This document shows, one piece after another, positions 7,073 to 14,459 of a stretch of 15,784 nucleotides of DNA. Each line of letters starts with the position of its first letter. The first letter of the stretch is position 1. This DNA comes from Candidatus Thalassarchaeaceae archaeon (lineage in GTDB: Archaea > Thermoplasmatota > Poseidoniia > Poseidoniales > Thalassarchaeaceae): contig JASLKH010000029.1 in assembly GCA_030747675.1 (NCBI GenBank), positions 1 to 15,784 of the forward strand, written 5' to 3'. The translations under genes were made by a program, and so were the position numbers. The notes beneath the pieces were generated by a model that saw only the letters and a list, made by a program, of their open reading frames with translations, had not been told where the DNA came from and did not search any database.

Positions 7073-7372
7073 ATGGCGGCGATATGCAATCTTTGTGGTT
7101 TACCCGATGAACTTTGTATATGTCAAGAAATCGCTAAGGAACAACAGAAAGCCGTAATCAGCACAGTAAGAAGGAGGTATGGTAAGATGGTGACAATGAT
7201 TGAAGGTATTGATGATACTGCAATTGATATCAACCAATTGGCCAAGATTCTCAAGGCTTCTTGTGCAAGTGGTGGGACTGTCAAAGGACGAACCATCGAA
7301 CTTCAAGGTGAACACAAGAAACGCGCGGCTATGATTTTACAAAAGAATGGATACGAAGTGGAGGTGCGCTGA
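7073..7372 (+). CDS. sui1: Translation initiation factor aIF1 (SUI1 family), with N-terminal Cys knuckle, 99 aa
   Basis: CNLCGLPDELCIC, RRRYGKMVT, LKASCASGGTVK, IELQGEH; conserved position after rpl29. Confidence 0.95.
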   Translation: MAAICNLCGLPDELCICQEIAKEQQKAVISTVRRRYGKMVTMIEGIDDTAIDINQLAKILKASCASGGTVKGRTIELQGEHKKRAAMILQKNGYEVEVR

Positions 7373-7633
7373 ATGACAGATAGTATTCACATGCCATTCC
7401 TTGCCCGTACACTGCACGTATGTGATTCAACAGATCGAACTTTATTGGGTCTTTCAGGAACTGTGGTTAACGAAAGCCGTCACATGATTGCCCTTGACGT
7501 GGGGGGCCAGACAAAGAATCTGGCAAAGAACGTTATCAAATTCACCCTCGATGATGAGGATGATCAAATTGAGGGCGCTATGGTGTGTCAGCGCCCCGAA
7601 GACCGAATCCACCGAAATTATAGGAGGAACTGA
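7373..7633 (+). CDS. rnp1: Ribonuclease P protein component 1 (Rpp29/Pop4), 86 aa
   Basis: GLSGTVVNESR, K...F, and C-terminal RPEDR pattern; canonical position between sui1 and rps17. Confidence 0.85.
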   Translation: MTDSIHMPFLARTLHVCDSTDRTLLGLSGTVVNESRHMIALDVGGQTKNLAKNVIKFTLDDEDDQIEGAMVCQRPEDRIHRNYRRN

Positions 7634-7634
7634 A

Positions 7635-7967
7635 ATGCGTGACATTGGAGTAGATATAAGTGAGCCTAAAGGCGAATGGGATGGTGATGAAAACTGTCCA
7701 TTCTACGGAAGTTTGAGACTAAGAGGACAAATTATCGAAGGCACAATTGCACGTGTAGGTATGACCAAGTCAATTGTTGTAGAACGTGAGCACATACGGT
7801 ACATGAAAAAGTTCGAACGTTATGAAAAACGCACACGCAGATATGCTGCTCATCTCCCAACATGCATTGGTGAAGTCAATGTTGGAGACTACGTGCGAAT
7901 TATGGAATGTCGACCAATTTCCAAGACTGTAAATTTCTGCGTTATTGAAACGGAGGCGAGTGAATGA
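7635..7967 (+). CDS. rps17: 30S ribosomal protein uS17, 110 aa
   Basis: Start reassigned to ATG 7635 (MRDIG; SD GGAGG at 7623-7627). CPFYGSLRLRG, KKFERYEKR, IMECRPISKT. Confidence 0.96.
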   Translation: MRDIGVDISEPKGEWDGDENCPFYGSLRLRGQIIEGTIARVGMTKSIVVEREHIRYMKKFERYEKRTRRYAAHLPTCIGEVNVGDYVRIMECRPISKTVNFCVIETEASE

Positions 7968-8362
7968 AGGGAATTTCCTCAAGAGTTACTCGTGGTTTGC
8001 CCACCCAGGCTCGAATGAATTGTGTTGACAATACTGGAGCGAAAGTGGTTCAATTAATTTCAGTTCTAAACACAGGTGGTGTAGCACGTCGATATCCAGC
8101 AGGTGGTGTTGGTGATTTAATCAGGGTGACTGTGAAGAAAGGAACACCTGAAACCCGCCGACAAATTTTCCACGCTGTAATTGTACGTCAAAGGCGTCCA
8201 TTCCGTCGACCTGATGGAACTTGGGTGCAGTTTGAGGACAATGCATGTGTTATTGTAAACGAGCGCGGTGAAGTTCGCGGTTCGGATATCAAAGGGCCAG
8301 TCAGCCGTGAAGCAGCTGAACGTTGGCCTAGAATTGCTGCAACAGCAAAGCAAATTGTATGA
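7964..8362 (+). CDS. rpl14: 50S ribosomal protein uL14, 132 aa
   Basis: NCVDNTGAK, FEDNACVIV, IKGPVSREAAERWPRIA. Confidence 0.98.
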   Translation: MKGISSRVTRGLPTQARMNCVDNTGAKVVQLISVLNTGGVARRYPAGGVGDLIRVTVKKGTPETRRQIFHAVIVRQRRPFRRPDGTWVQFEDNACVIVNERGEVRGSDIKGPVSREAAERWPRIAATAKQIV

Positions 8363-8372
8363 GGTGAAAAAT

Positions 8373-8795
8373 ATGGTCAGTAAATCCCCTAATAAGCAGA
8401 GAAAGTCTGCAGCAAAAGCTCCTCTTCATCAAAGAAGAAAGCGTATACGTGCACGTTGTTTAGATCCGAATTATGCAAGTGTTCGATCAGTTACGATTCG
8501 TGTTGGCGATGAAGTTGAAGTCCGTCGTGGCGACTTCGGGCATCCAAATTCACTGAAAGGCGAGAAAGGTAAGCGACATGGAGAGGCCCGCGGTAAGTCT
8601 GGAGCTCGTGCAAGAGTTGCTGGTGTAGATACCACAAGTGGGCGTATTTATGTCGAAGGAATTACACACTCAAAGGCTGATGGAAAGGAGGAAGGAATCC
8701 CAATCCATCCTTCAAATGTAGCAGTAGTGAAAATTGATGATAGCGACCCTATACGATTGAAGGATCTTCAATCAAGAAACGGAGGCGATGAATAA
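8373..8795 (+). CDS. rpl24: 50S ribosomal protein uL24, 140 aa
   Basis: Start reassigned to ATG 8373 (SD GAGGTGA at 8361-8367). PNKQRK, APLHQRRK, IRVGDEVEVRRGD, IPIHPSNV. Confidence 0.95.
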   Translation: MVSKSPNKQRKSAAKAPLHQRRKRIRARCLDPNYASVRSVTIRVGDEVEVRRGDFGHPNSLKGEKGKRHGEARGKSGARARVAGVDTTSGRIYVEGITHSKADGKEEGIPIHPSNVAVVKIDDSDPIRLKDLQSRNGGDE

Positions 8796-9493
8796 TGAGT
8801 TCTAGTCATATGAAGAGATTGGCAATGCCACGTAGTTGGCCTTTGACGAGAAAAACAAATGTTTGGATTTCACGTCCAAGACCTAGTGGACACCCGATTG
8901 AAAATTGCATGGCGATAGGCGTGATTCTCCGAGACATTCTTGGTGTCGCAAAAAGCATGCGTGAGGCAAAGCGTGCTCTAGCAACCCGACTCATAAAGGT
9001 CGATGGAGCAGTCGTTTCTGACTTGCGTCGTGGAGTGGGTATCATGGATGTTCTAACTGTCGGAGATATTCACTATCGGTGTATCCTTGACAAAAATGGA
9101 AAGTTGCGATATAATGTAATTCCTTCCAAAGAATCAGGAGTTAAAATTTGTAGAGTTGATGGTAAGACCACAGTCAAGGGCGGTGTCACACAACTCAATC
9201 TGCATGATGGCAGAAACATATTGGTTGATGATGCAAACAAGTACAATACCCGAGATTCATTACTACTTGATGTCAATTCACAGAAGATTAAATCACACTT
9301 CAAGTTTGAAGGTGGTGCAAATTGTTACCTCATTGGTGGAAGCCACATTGGGAGTTGCGCCGCTATGAAGGAATACATTGTGAAGCGTTCAAGCAAGGAT
9401 AATGAAGTTATTTTCGAAGATTTTGGAACAATTGAAGATCATGTGTTTATCATTGGAGACTCAAACCTTCCACTGGACGAGGTGAGCGAATGA
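8795..9493 (+). CDS. rps4e: 30S ribosomal protein eS4, 232 aa
   Basis: HMKRLAMPRSW, S4 motif IKVDG...D, QLNLHDGRNIL, IGGSHIG. Confidence 0.96.
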   Translation: MSSSHMKRLAMPRSWPLTRKTNVWISRPRPSGHPIENCMAIGVILRDILGVAKSMREAKRALATRLIKVDGAVVSDLRRGVGIMDVLTVGDIHYRCILDKNGKLRYNVIPSKESGVKICRVDGKTTVKGGVTQLNLHDGRNILVDDANKYNTRDSLLLDVNSQKIKSHFKFEGGANCYLIGGSHIGSCAAMKEYIVKRSSKDNEVIFEDFGTIEDHVFIIGDSNLPLDEVSE

Positions 9494-10017
9494 GTGAAAC
9501 TGTAAATCCAATGCAATTGCCAAGAATTACCAAGGTGACGGTGAACATTGGGGTTGGAGAGGGAGGCAATCGCCTACTTCTTGCCGAGCGAGTTCTGAAG
9601 TTAGTTACAAATCAAGAACCAGTGAGAACACTATCAAAGAAAACAAATCGTGATTTAGGGACACGTGAAGGCGCTCCCATTGGTTGCAAAGTGACTCTAA
9701 GAAATCAAGATCATATCAAACAATTCTTGAAGGATGCGTTTTGGTGCCGTGAAAATACAATCCCTGGTTGGAATTTCGATGTGCAAGGAAACCTTTCTTT
9801 TGGAATACGAGATTATACTGACTTCCCAGAGATGAAGTACGATCCAGAGATTGGAATTTTTGGCATGGACATCAATGTCGTGCTAGAACGACCAGGGCAC
9901 AGAGTAAGTCGCCGGCGTCGTCGAGCACATCGTGTTGGTATGTCGCATAGAGTATCTCGCACTGAGAGTTTGGAATGGTTCCGAGGTCAATTTGGCCTTA
10001 CTGTGGTGGAGGAGTGA
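9490..10017 (+). CDS. rpl5: 50S ribosomal protein uL5, 175 aa
   Basis: [53 protein letters not shown]. Confidence 0.98.
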   Translation: MSETVNPMQLPRITKVTVNIGVGEGGNRLLLAERVLKLVTNQEPVRTLSKKTNRDLGTREGAPIGCKVTLRNQDHIKQFLKDAFWCRENTIPGWNFDVQGNLSFGIRDYTDFPEMKYDPEIGIFGMDINVVLERPGHRVSRRRRRAHRVGMSHRVSRTESLEWFRGQFGLTVVEE

Positions 10018-10021
10018 TAGT

Positions 10022-10174
10022 ATGGCACGAGATCATGGAGAGCAAATTGGTAGAACGATTGGATGCCGCCGTTGCGGACGTAAGCGTGGAATGATTCGTC
10101 GTCACGGATTGCGTCTTTGCCGTCAGTGTTTCCGGGATGTAGCCCCCGAAATTGGCTTCAAAAAGTTTAGTTGA
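10022..10174 (+). CDS. rps14: 30S ribosomal protein uS14 (Zn-binding type), 50 aa
   Basis: Start reassigned to ATG 10022 (SD GGAGTGA). CRRCG...LCRQCFR zinc motif, GFKKFS. Confidence 0.95.
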   Translation: MARDHGEQIGRTIGCRRCGRKRGMIRRHGLRLCRQCFRDVAPEIGFKKFS

Positions 10175-10186
10175 GGTGGTGATGAG

Positions 10187-10576
10187 ATGCAATTCGATCC
10201 GTTAAGTGACGCATTCGTGCGTATATTCAATGCAGAACAAGCTGGTAAATATGAAGTCAATTTATCGCCTGCTAGTAAATTACTCGATAACATGCTACGT
10301 ATTATGCAAATGTCTGGATATGTTGGTGAATACGAACGAATTTCCAATGGTCGAGGCGATTCATTCCGCGTTGAATTGGTTGGTGCAATCAATCGTTGTG
10401 GTGTGATTAAGCCAAGGCACAGTGTGAAGCGTGCTGAATTCGATAAGTGGGAATCACGATATCTTCCAGCAAGAGATTTTGGTTTGTTAATTCTAACGAC
10501 AAATCAAGGCCTCATGCATCACTATGAGGCGAAAGAATCGAAGATTGGTGGCCGTTTACTGGCTTATATTTACTGA
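10187..10576 (+). CDS. rps8: 30S ribosomal protein uS8, 129 aa
   Basis: DPLSDAF, PASKL, GAINRCGVIKPR, LILTTNQGLMHH, GGRLLAYIY. Confidence 0.98.
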   Translation: MQFDPLSDAFVRIFNAEQAGKYEVNLSPASKLLDNMLRIMQMSGYVGEYERISNGRGDSFRVELVGAINRCGVIKPRHSVKRAEFDKWESRYLPARDFGLLILTTNQGLMHHYEAKESKIGGRLLAYIY

Positions 10577-10586
10577 GGTGGTTTAG

Positions 10587-11138
10587 ATGGGAAGAGTAGA
10601 TCATATTAAACACGTAATTGAACTTGAAGAAGGCGTTTCAGCGAATATTGCTGATGATGTTGTTACACTATCCAGTGATGGTAAATCAATTTCCAGAGAA
10701 TTCATTCATCGAACTGTTACTGTGATAATGGAAGATGGGAACCCTGTTGTATACTGCGACGTACCTCGCCGAAAAGAAAAGGCAATATGTGGGACCTGGG
10801 CAGCACATTTGCGCAATATGAACAAAGGAATATCTTCAGGGTTCGAATATCGCCTTAAGGCCGTTTATTCACATTTCCCCATGACCCTAAAGGTCGAAGG
10901 ATCAGTTCTTACAATCACTAACTTGTTCGGAGAGCGGGTTCCCCGTCGAGCTGAATTACCATGGACTCCCGCTGAAGTCAATGTCAAGGTTGAGAATAAG
11001 ACAGACGTAGTAGTCAGTGGAGCAGATAGAGAAAAAGTTGGCCAAACCAGTGCAAATATTGAACGCGCATGCCGTATTCGACGCCGAGACCGAAGAGTGT
11101 TCCAAGATGGTGTATACATCGTCTCCAAGGGGGAGTGA
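10587..11138 (+). CDS. rpl6: 50S ribosomal protein uL6, 183 aa
   Basis: YSHFPM, NLFGER, GADREKVGQTSANIE, DRRVFQDGVYIV. Confidence 0.97.
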   Translation: MGRVDHIKHVIELEEGVSANIADDVVTLSSDGKSISREFIHRTVTVIMEDGNPVVYCDVPRRKEKAICGTWAAHLRNMNKGISSGFEYRLKAVYSHFPMTLKVEGSVLTITNLFGERVPRRAELPWTPAEVNVKVENKTDVVVSGADREKVGQTSANIERACRIRRRDRRVFQDGVYIVSKGE

Positions 11139-11142
11139 TTAG

Positions 11143-11781
11143 ATGAGTGAGTATTCAGGTATGACAGTCGCTGAGTTGAAAGAAATTCTCAAGGAGAAGG
11201 GATTACCATTGTCTGGTAAGAAGGCAGATCTAATTTCTCGCCTCGAAGAAGCTGCAGACGAATCTGATGATATTGAAGACGAAGTTGTGGAAGAACTCGA
11301 TGAAGACGATGATTTCGATGATTTCGATGATGAAGATGAAGATTGGGATGATGAGGAATACGTACATACTGCTAAACAAAAGCCAGAATTAGATGATGAA
11401 ACAAAGGCTGCTTTGGATGCGCGCAAGGCGCAGAATAAGGTGCAACCTAAATTCCGTCGGCAAGAATGGTACCGTTACAAGCGTCTATCTCGAACTGGTT
11501 GGAAGAGACCTCGTGGAGATGACTCCAGCCAGCGTAAAAATCGAAAGTATCGAAGCCCGTTAGTTAGAGTAGGTTATGGTAAGATTGCTGCGGTTAGGAA
11601 TTTACATCCATCAGGATTCAAAGAAGTACTTGTTCATCGACCAGAAGATTTGGACGACATCGATCCTGCTGTAGAAGCGGCGCGAATTGGTGGAACTGTT
11701 GGAGGAAGAAAGCGCGTTCATATCCATGAACGAGCAGATGAATTGGGCATCCGTGTCTTGAATCGAAGGAGGGGTCTCTGA
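11143..11781 (+). CDS. rpl32e: 50S ribosomal protein eL32 with N-terminal SAP-like domain and acidic linker, 212 aa
   Basis: C-terminal PKFRRQEW, WKRPRG, VGYG, HPSGFKEVLVH, IGGTVGGRKR, GIRVLN. N-terminal MTVAELKEILKEKGLPLSGKKADLISRL matches the SAP consensus. Confidence 0.95.
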   Translation: MSEYSGMTVAELKEILKEKGLPLSGKKADLISRLEEAADESDDIEDEVVEELDEDDDFDDFDDEDEDWDDEEYVHTAKQKPELDDETKAALDARKAQNKVQPKFRRQEWYRYKRLSRTGWKRPRGDDSSQRKNRKYRSPLVRVGYGKIAAVRNLHPSGFKEVLVHRPEDLDDIDPAVEAARIGGTVGGRKRVHIHERADELGIRVLNRRRGL

Positions 11782-12239
11782 TGCAAATTACGAATCAAAA
11801 GAAAATGGCAGCACAAATTCTGAAGTGCGGTGTAAACCGTGTTTGGGTCGATCCACGTTATGTTGATCAAATTAGCAGTGCAGTTCAGAAGAGTGACATC
11901 CGTGAATTAATTGAAGATGGGATGATTAAGGCACGTGCAGTTACAGGCACTAGCCGTGTTCGTGCTAGAAAATTGGCTGAACAAAGGGCCAAAGGACGTC
12001 GTCGGGGCCACGGTTCACGTAAGGGAACAGCTCGTGCACGATTGCCAAAGAAGGAACGATGGATGCGTACAATCCGTAGCCAACGTCGTACGCTCAAAGG
12101 CATGCGAGATGAAGGTACAATCGATGCAAGTCGCTATCGCTATTACTACCGAAAGGCAAAGGGTGGATCTTACCGCTCAATTGCCCACATGAAATCGAAT
12201 ATGCAGGTAGATGGCGTTGAACTTGGAGGTGATGAATGA
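11781..12239 (+). CDS. rpl19e: 50S ribosomal protein eL19, 152 aa
   Basis: QKKMAAQILKCGVNRVW, GRRRGHGSRKG, WMRTIRSQRR, YRKAKGG. Confidence 0.97.
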   Translation: MQITNQKKMAAQILKCGVNRVWVDPRYVDQISSAVQKSDIRELIEDGMIKARAVTGTSRVRARKLAEQRAKGRRRGHGSRKGTARARLPKKERWMRTIRSQRRTLKGMRDEGTIDASRYRYYYRKAKGGSYRSIAHMKSNMQVDGVELGGDE

Positions 12240-12751
12240 TGGCTCATGGTAGACGTCAACGTCGTCGTTACAAGCGTCGAAGTATCGGTGTTACAGATTA
12301 CCATCGTCGCCTCAAGTTGCTTCGTAATGGAGCTCCTCGTGCAGTTGTCCGTGTCACAAACACCCAGGTCATTTGCCAATTGGTGTCATATTCAGCAGAT
12401 GGTGACATGGTCGTCACCGCAGCAGATGGAAGGGGATTACTTGGCAAGTATGCTTGGCCTAAGGGCACCTCTACAAAATCCGTCCCTGCCGCTTATTGCA
12501 CCGGATACGCCCTTGCAAAGCAGGCGCAAAAAGCAGGTCATGATGAAGCAGTTTTGGATATAGGATTGGCAGCTTCCACACCTGGAAATCGTGTATTTGC
12601 GGCCCTGAAGGGTATGGTTGACGCCGGTCTTGAAGTCCCTCATAGTGACGATATATTCCCAAGTGAAGAGCGTATTAATGGCGCTCACATTAATGACAAG
12701 ATTGCTGGCGCGGTCCAGAAAACAAAGAATGCAATCGAGGAGGCGAATTAA
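12236..12751 (+). CDS. rpl18: 50S ribosomal protein uL18, ~171 aa (start 12236 or 12239)
   Basis: TDYHRRLKLL, VVRVTN, PAAYCTG, AVLDIGL, RVFAALKGMVDAGL. Confidence 0.97.
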   Translation: MMAHGRRQRRRYKRRSIGVTDYHRRLKLLRNGAPRAVVRVTNTQVICQLVSYSADGDMVVTAADGRGLLGKYAWPKGTSTKSVPAAYCTGYALAKQAQKAGHDEAVLDIGLAASTPGNRVFAALKGMVDAGLEVPHSDDIFPSEERINGAHINDKIAGAVQKTKNAIEEAN

Positions 12752-12752
12752 G

Positions 12753-13538
12753 ATGAGTGAAGAAAATAATGTACCACCTTCAGAAGATCAAGAAGTTGCA
12801 CCTGGAATTGCAGCGGCTTGGAAACAGGAAGAAGAATCCTCTGATGCACCACGCCGTCGAGGCCGAGGTGTTGGTCCTGATCCTCAGGAAATGCTCCGAA
12901 AATGGAACCCTAAGACTCGTTTGGGGAGAATGATTCAGAGTGGACAAATCATCTCATACGAAGCCGCAATGGCAACAGGATATCCTATTCGTGAAGTCGA
13001 AATTATTGATGCATTAATTCCAGGACTAGAAGACGACATCATCAATGTAAACATGATTCAGCGCATGACTGACAGTGGTCGGCGTGTTCGATTCAATGTC
13101 ATGGCATGTGTTGGAAATGGAGATGGTTATGTTGGCCTTGCAATTTGTAAGGGTAAGGAAGTTGCAGCAACAATTCGAAAAGCCATTCATATGGCTAAAT
13201 TGAATGTGATCCAAGTCCAACGTGGAAATGGTTCTTGGGAATCTGGCCAAGGGCCAGGAACAAGTGTCCCATTCAAGGTTACAGGTCGAGCCGGTTCAAC
13301 CCGTATCACATTACTACCTGCTCCAACAGGAAAGGGTCTGGTGATTGGAGATACAGGTCGTCAAGTTTTGAAATTGGCTGGTGTGACAGACGTTTGGTCT
13401 AGTTCAAAGGGTCAAACTCGAACCACCATCAATTTCGCACAAGCGACTTTCAATGCACTCAAGCAATTAAATGCACATCGCGTTAGCAACGACCAAGCGA
13501 GTCGTTTGAATATTGTAAAGGGGCGTGTAACTGAATGA
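12753..13538 (+). CDS. rps5: 30S ribosomal protein uS5, 261 aa
   Basis: Start reassigned to ATG 12753 (SD GGAGGCGA at 12739-12746). WNPKTRLG, QRMTDSGRR, VQRGNGSWE, GQTRTTINFA. Confidence 0.96.
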   Translation: MSEENNVPPSEDQEVAPGIAAAWKQEEESSDAPRRRGRGVGPDPQEMLRKWNPKTRLGRMIQSGQIISYEAAMATGYPIREVEIIDALIPGLEDDIINVNMIQRMTDSGRRVRFNVMACVGNGDGYVGLAICKGKEVAATIRKAIHMAKLNVIQVQRGNGSWESGQGPGTSVPFKVTGRAGSTRITLLPAPTGKGLVIGDTGRQVLKLAGVTDVWSSSKGQTRTTINFAQATFNALKQLNAHRVSNDQASRLNIVKGRVTE

Positions 13539-14005
13539 CTTGGCTAGTAATCCGTGCTCGTAGTGACCGAACTGTAGAACGTTCCATCCGCGAGACATTA
13601 TCTCACTTGAATTTGACACGTGTGAATCACGCAGTTTTGATTCCACAGAATGAAACATATGCAGGTATGCTTCAGAAAGTGAAGGATTTTGTTACATGGG
13701 GTGAAGTATCTTCAGATGCAATTGCAAGTATGATTCGAGACCGTGGTCGTTTAGTTGGCAATCATCCAGTAACAGACGGGGATGTCAAAAATTCTACTGC
13801 GTACAAGAATATCGATTCTTTCGCCGCCGCTATCGCTAGTGGCGAAGCGACAACAAAGGATATGGAGACGCTGAAACGCGTTTTCCGACTGCACCCGCCA
13901 CGAGGAAACAAAGGCTGGGGCGGAATCAAGCGACATTTCACTGTCGGTGGAGCGCTTGGATTTAGGGGTGAAGCGATTGAAGAACTCGCTGCCCGCATGA
14001 TGTGA
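13535..14005 (+). CDS. rpl30: 50S ribosomal protein uL30 (long archaeal type), 156 aa
   Basis: LNLTRVNHAV, GMLQKVKDFVTWGE, FRLHPPRG, GALGFRG. Confidence 0.96.
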   Translation: MTWLVIRARSDRTVERSIRETLSHLNLTRVNHAVLIPQNETYAGMLQKVKDFVTWGEVSSDAIASMIRDRGRLVGNHPVTDGDVKNSTAYKNIDSFAAAIASGEATTKDMETLKRVFRLHPPRGNKGWGGIKRHFTVGGALGFRGEAIEELAARMM

Positions 14006-14015
14006 GGTGAAATGT

Positions 14016-14423
14016 ATGGTATCTCGTACGAATAAATTCCGTGGACGCTCACGCTACCATGGACGTGGAAAGAAAGCTGGACGTGGAGCAGGAATGCGTG
14101 GAGGACGTGGTAATGCTGGTTTGAACAAGCATCGAACCATGACTCGAATCAAGTATATGCCGAAGCATTATGGTATGTATGGATTCAACCGTGATCCTAG
14201 TTTGAGGACTGCTTACAATACTTGCAATGTCAGTGAACTTTCAGGATTGATAGATAAAGGCGACAGCGTCGACTTGGCAGAACATGGAATTGAGAAGCTC
14301 TTGGGTTCAGGACAAATTTCCCAAGCCATTCATGTCACAGTCGAACACGCTTCTGCTCGTGCTGTAGAAAAGGTCGAAGCAGCAGGCGGATCAGTCACTT
14401 TAGATGACGGTGAAGAAGAGTAA
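14016..14423 (+). CDS. rpl15: 50S ribosomal protein uL15, 135 aa
   Basis: Start at ATG 14016 (SD GAGGTGA at 14004-14010). RGSRYHG-like RGRSRYHGRG, RGGRGNAG, KLLGSG, AVEKVEAAGG. Confidence 0.95.
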   Translation: MVSRTNKFRGRSRYHGRGKKAGRGAGMRGGRGNAGLNKHRTMTRIKYMPKHYGMYGFNRDPSLRTAYNTCNVSELSGLIDKGDSVDLAEHGIEKLLGSGQISQAIHVTVEHASARAVEKVEAAGGSVTLDDGEEE

Positions 14424-14459
14424 TTTAATCAGATTTAATTGGTAAATGGGTGAATTTAG

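Noticed and set aside
7073-7633. Non-ribosomal genes (aIF1, Rpp29) inside the r-protein cluster, and the Cys knuckle of aIF1
   Set aside because: Established conserved features of the euryarchaeal cluster; not novel.
7488-7634. Upstream extensions of rps17 (and similarly rpl24 from 8268, rps14 from 9932, rps5 from 12618, rpl15 from 14007, rpl23 from 4017)
   Set aside because: Longest-ORF artefacts overlapping the upstream genes; downstream ATGs have good SDs and canonical N-termini.
14012-14035. Out-of-frame 7-codon ORF at the rpl15 start
   Set aside because: Too close to the SD (1 nt) and typical of chance ATGs in these junctions.
1928-14052. Many 60-150 aa minus-strand or alternate-frame ORFs within r-protein genes (e.g. 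2414..2815, 4103..4552, 5633..6046, 11139..11426)
   Set aside because: Shadows of conserved genes. The poly-Ser ORF at 11139..11426 is simply the antisense of the GAT/GAA acidic linker.
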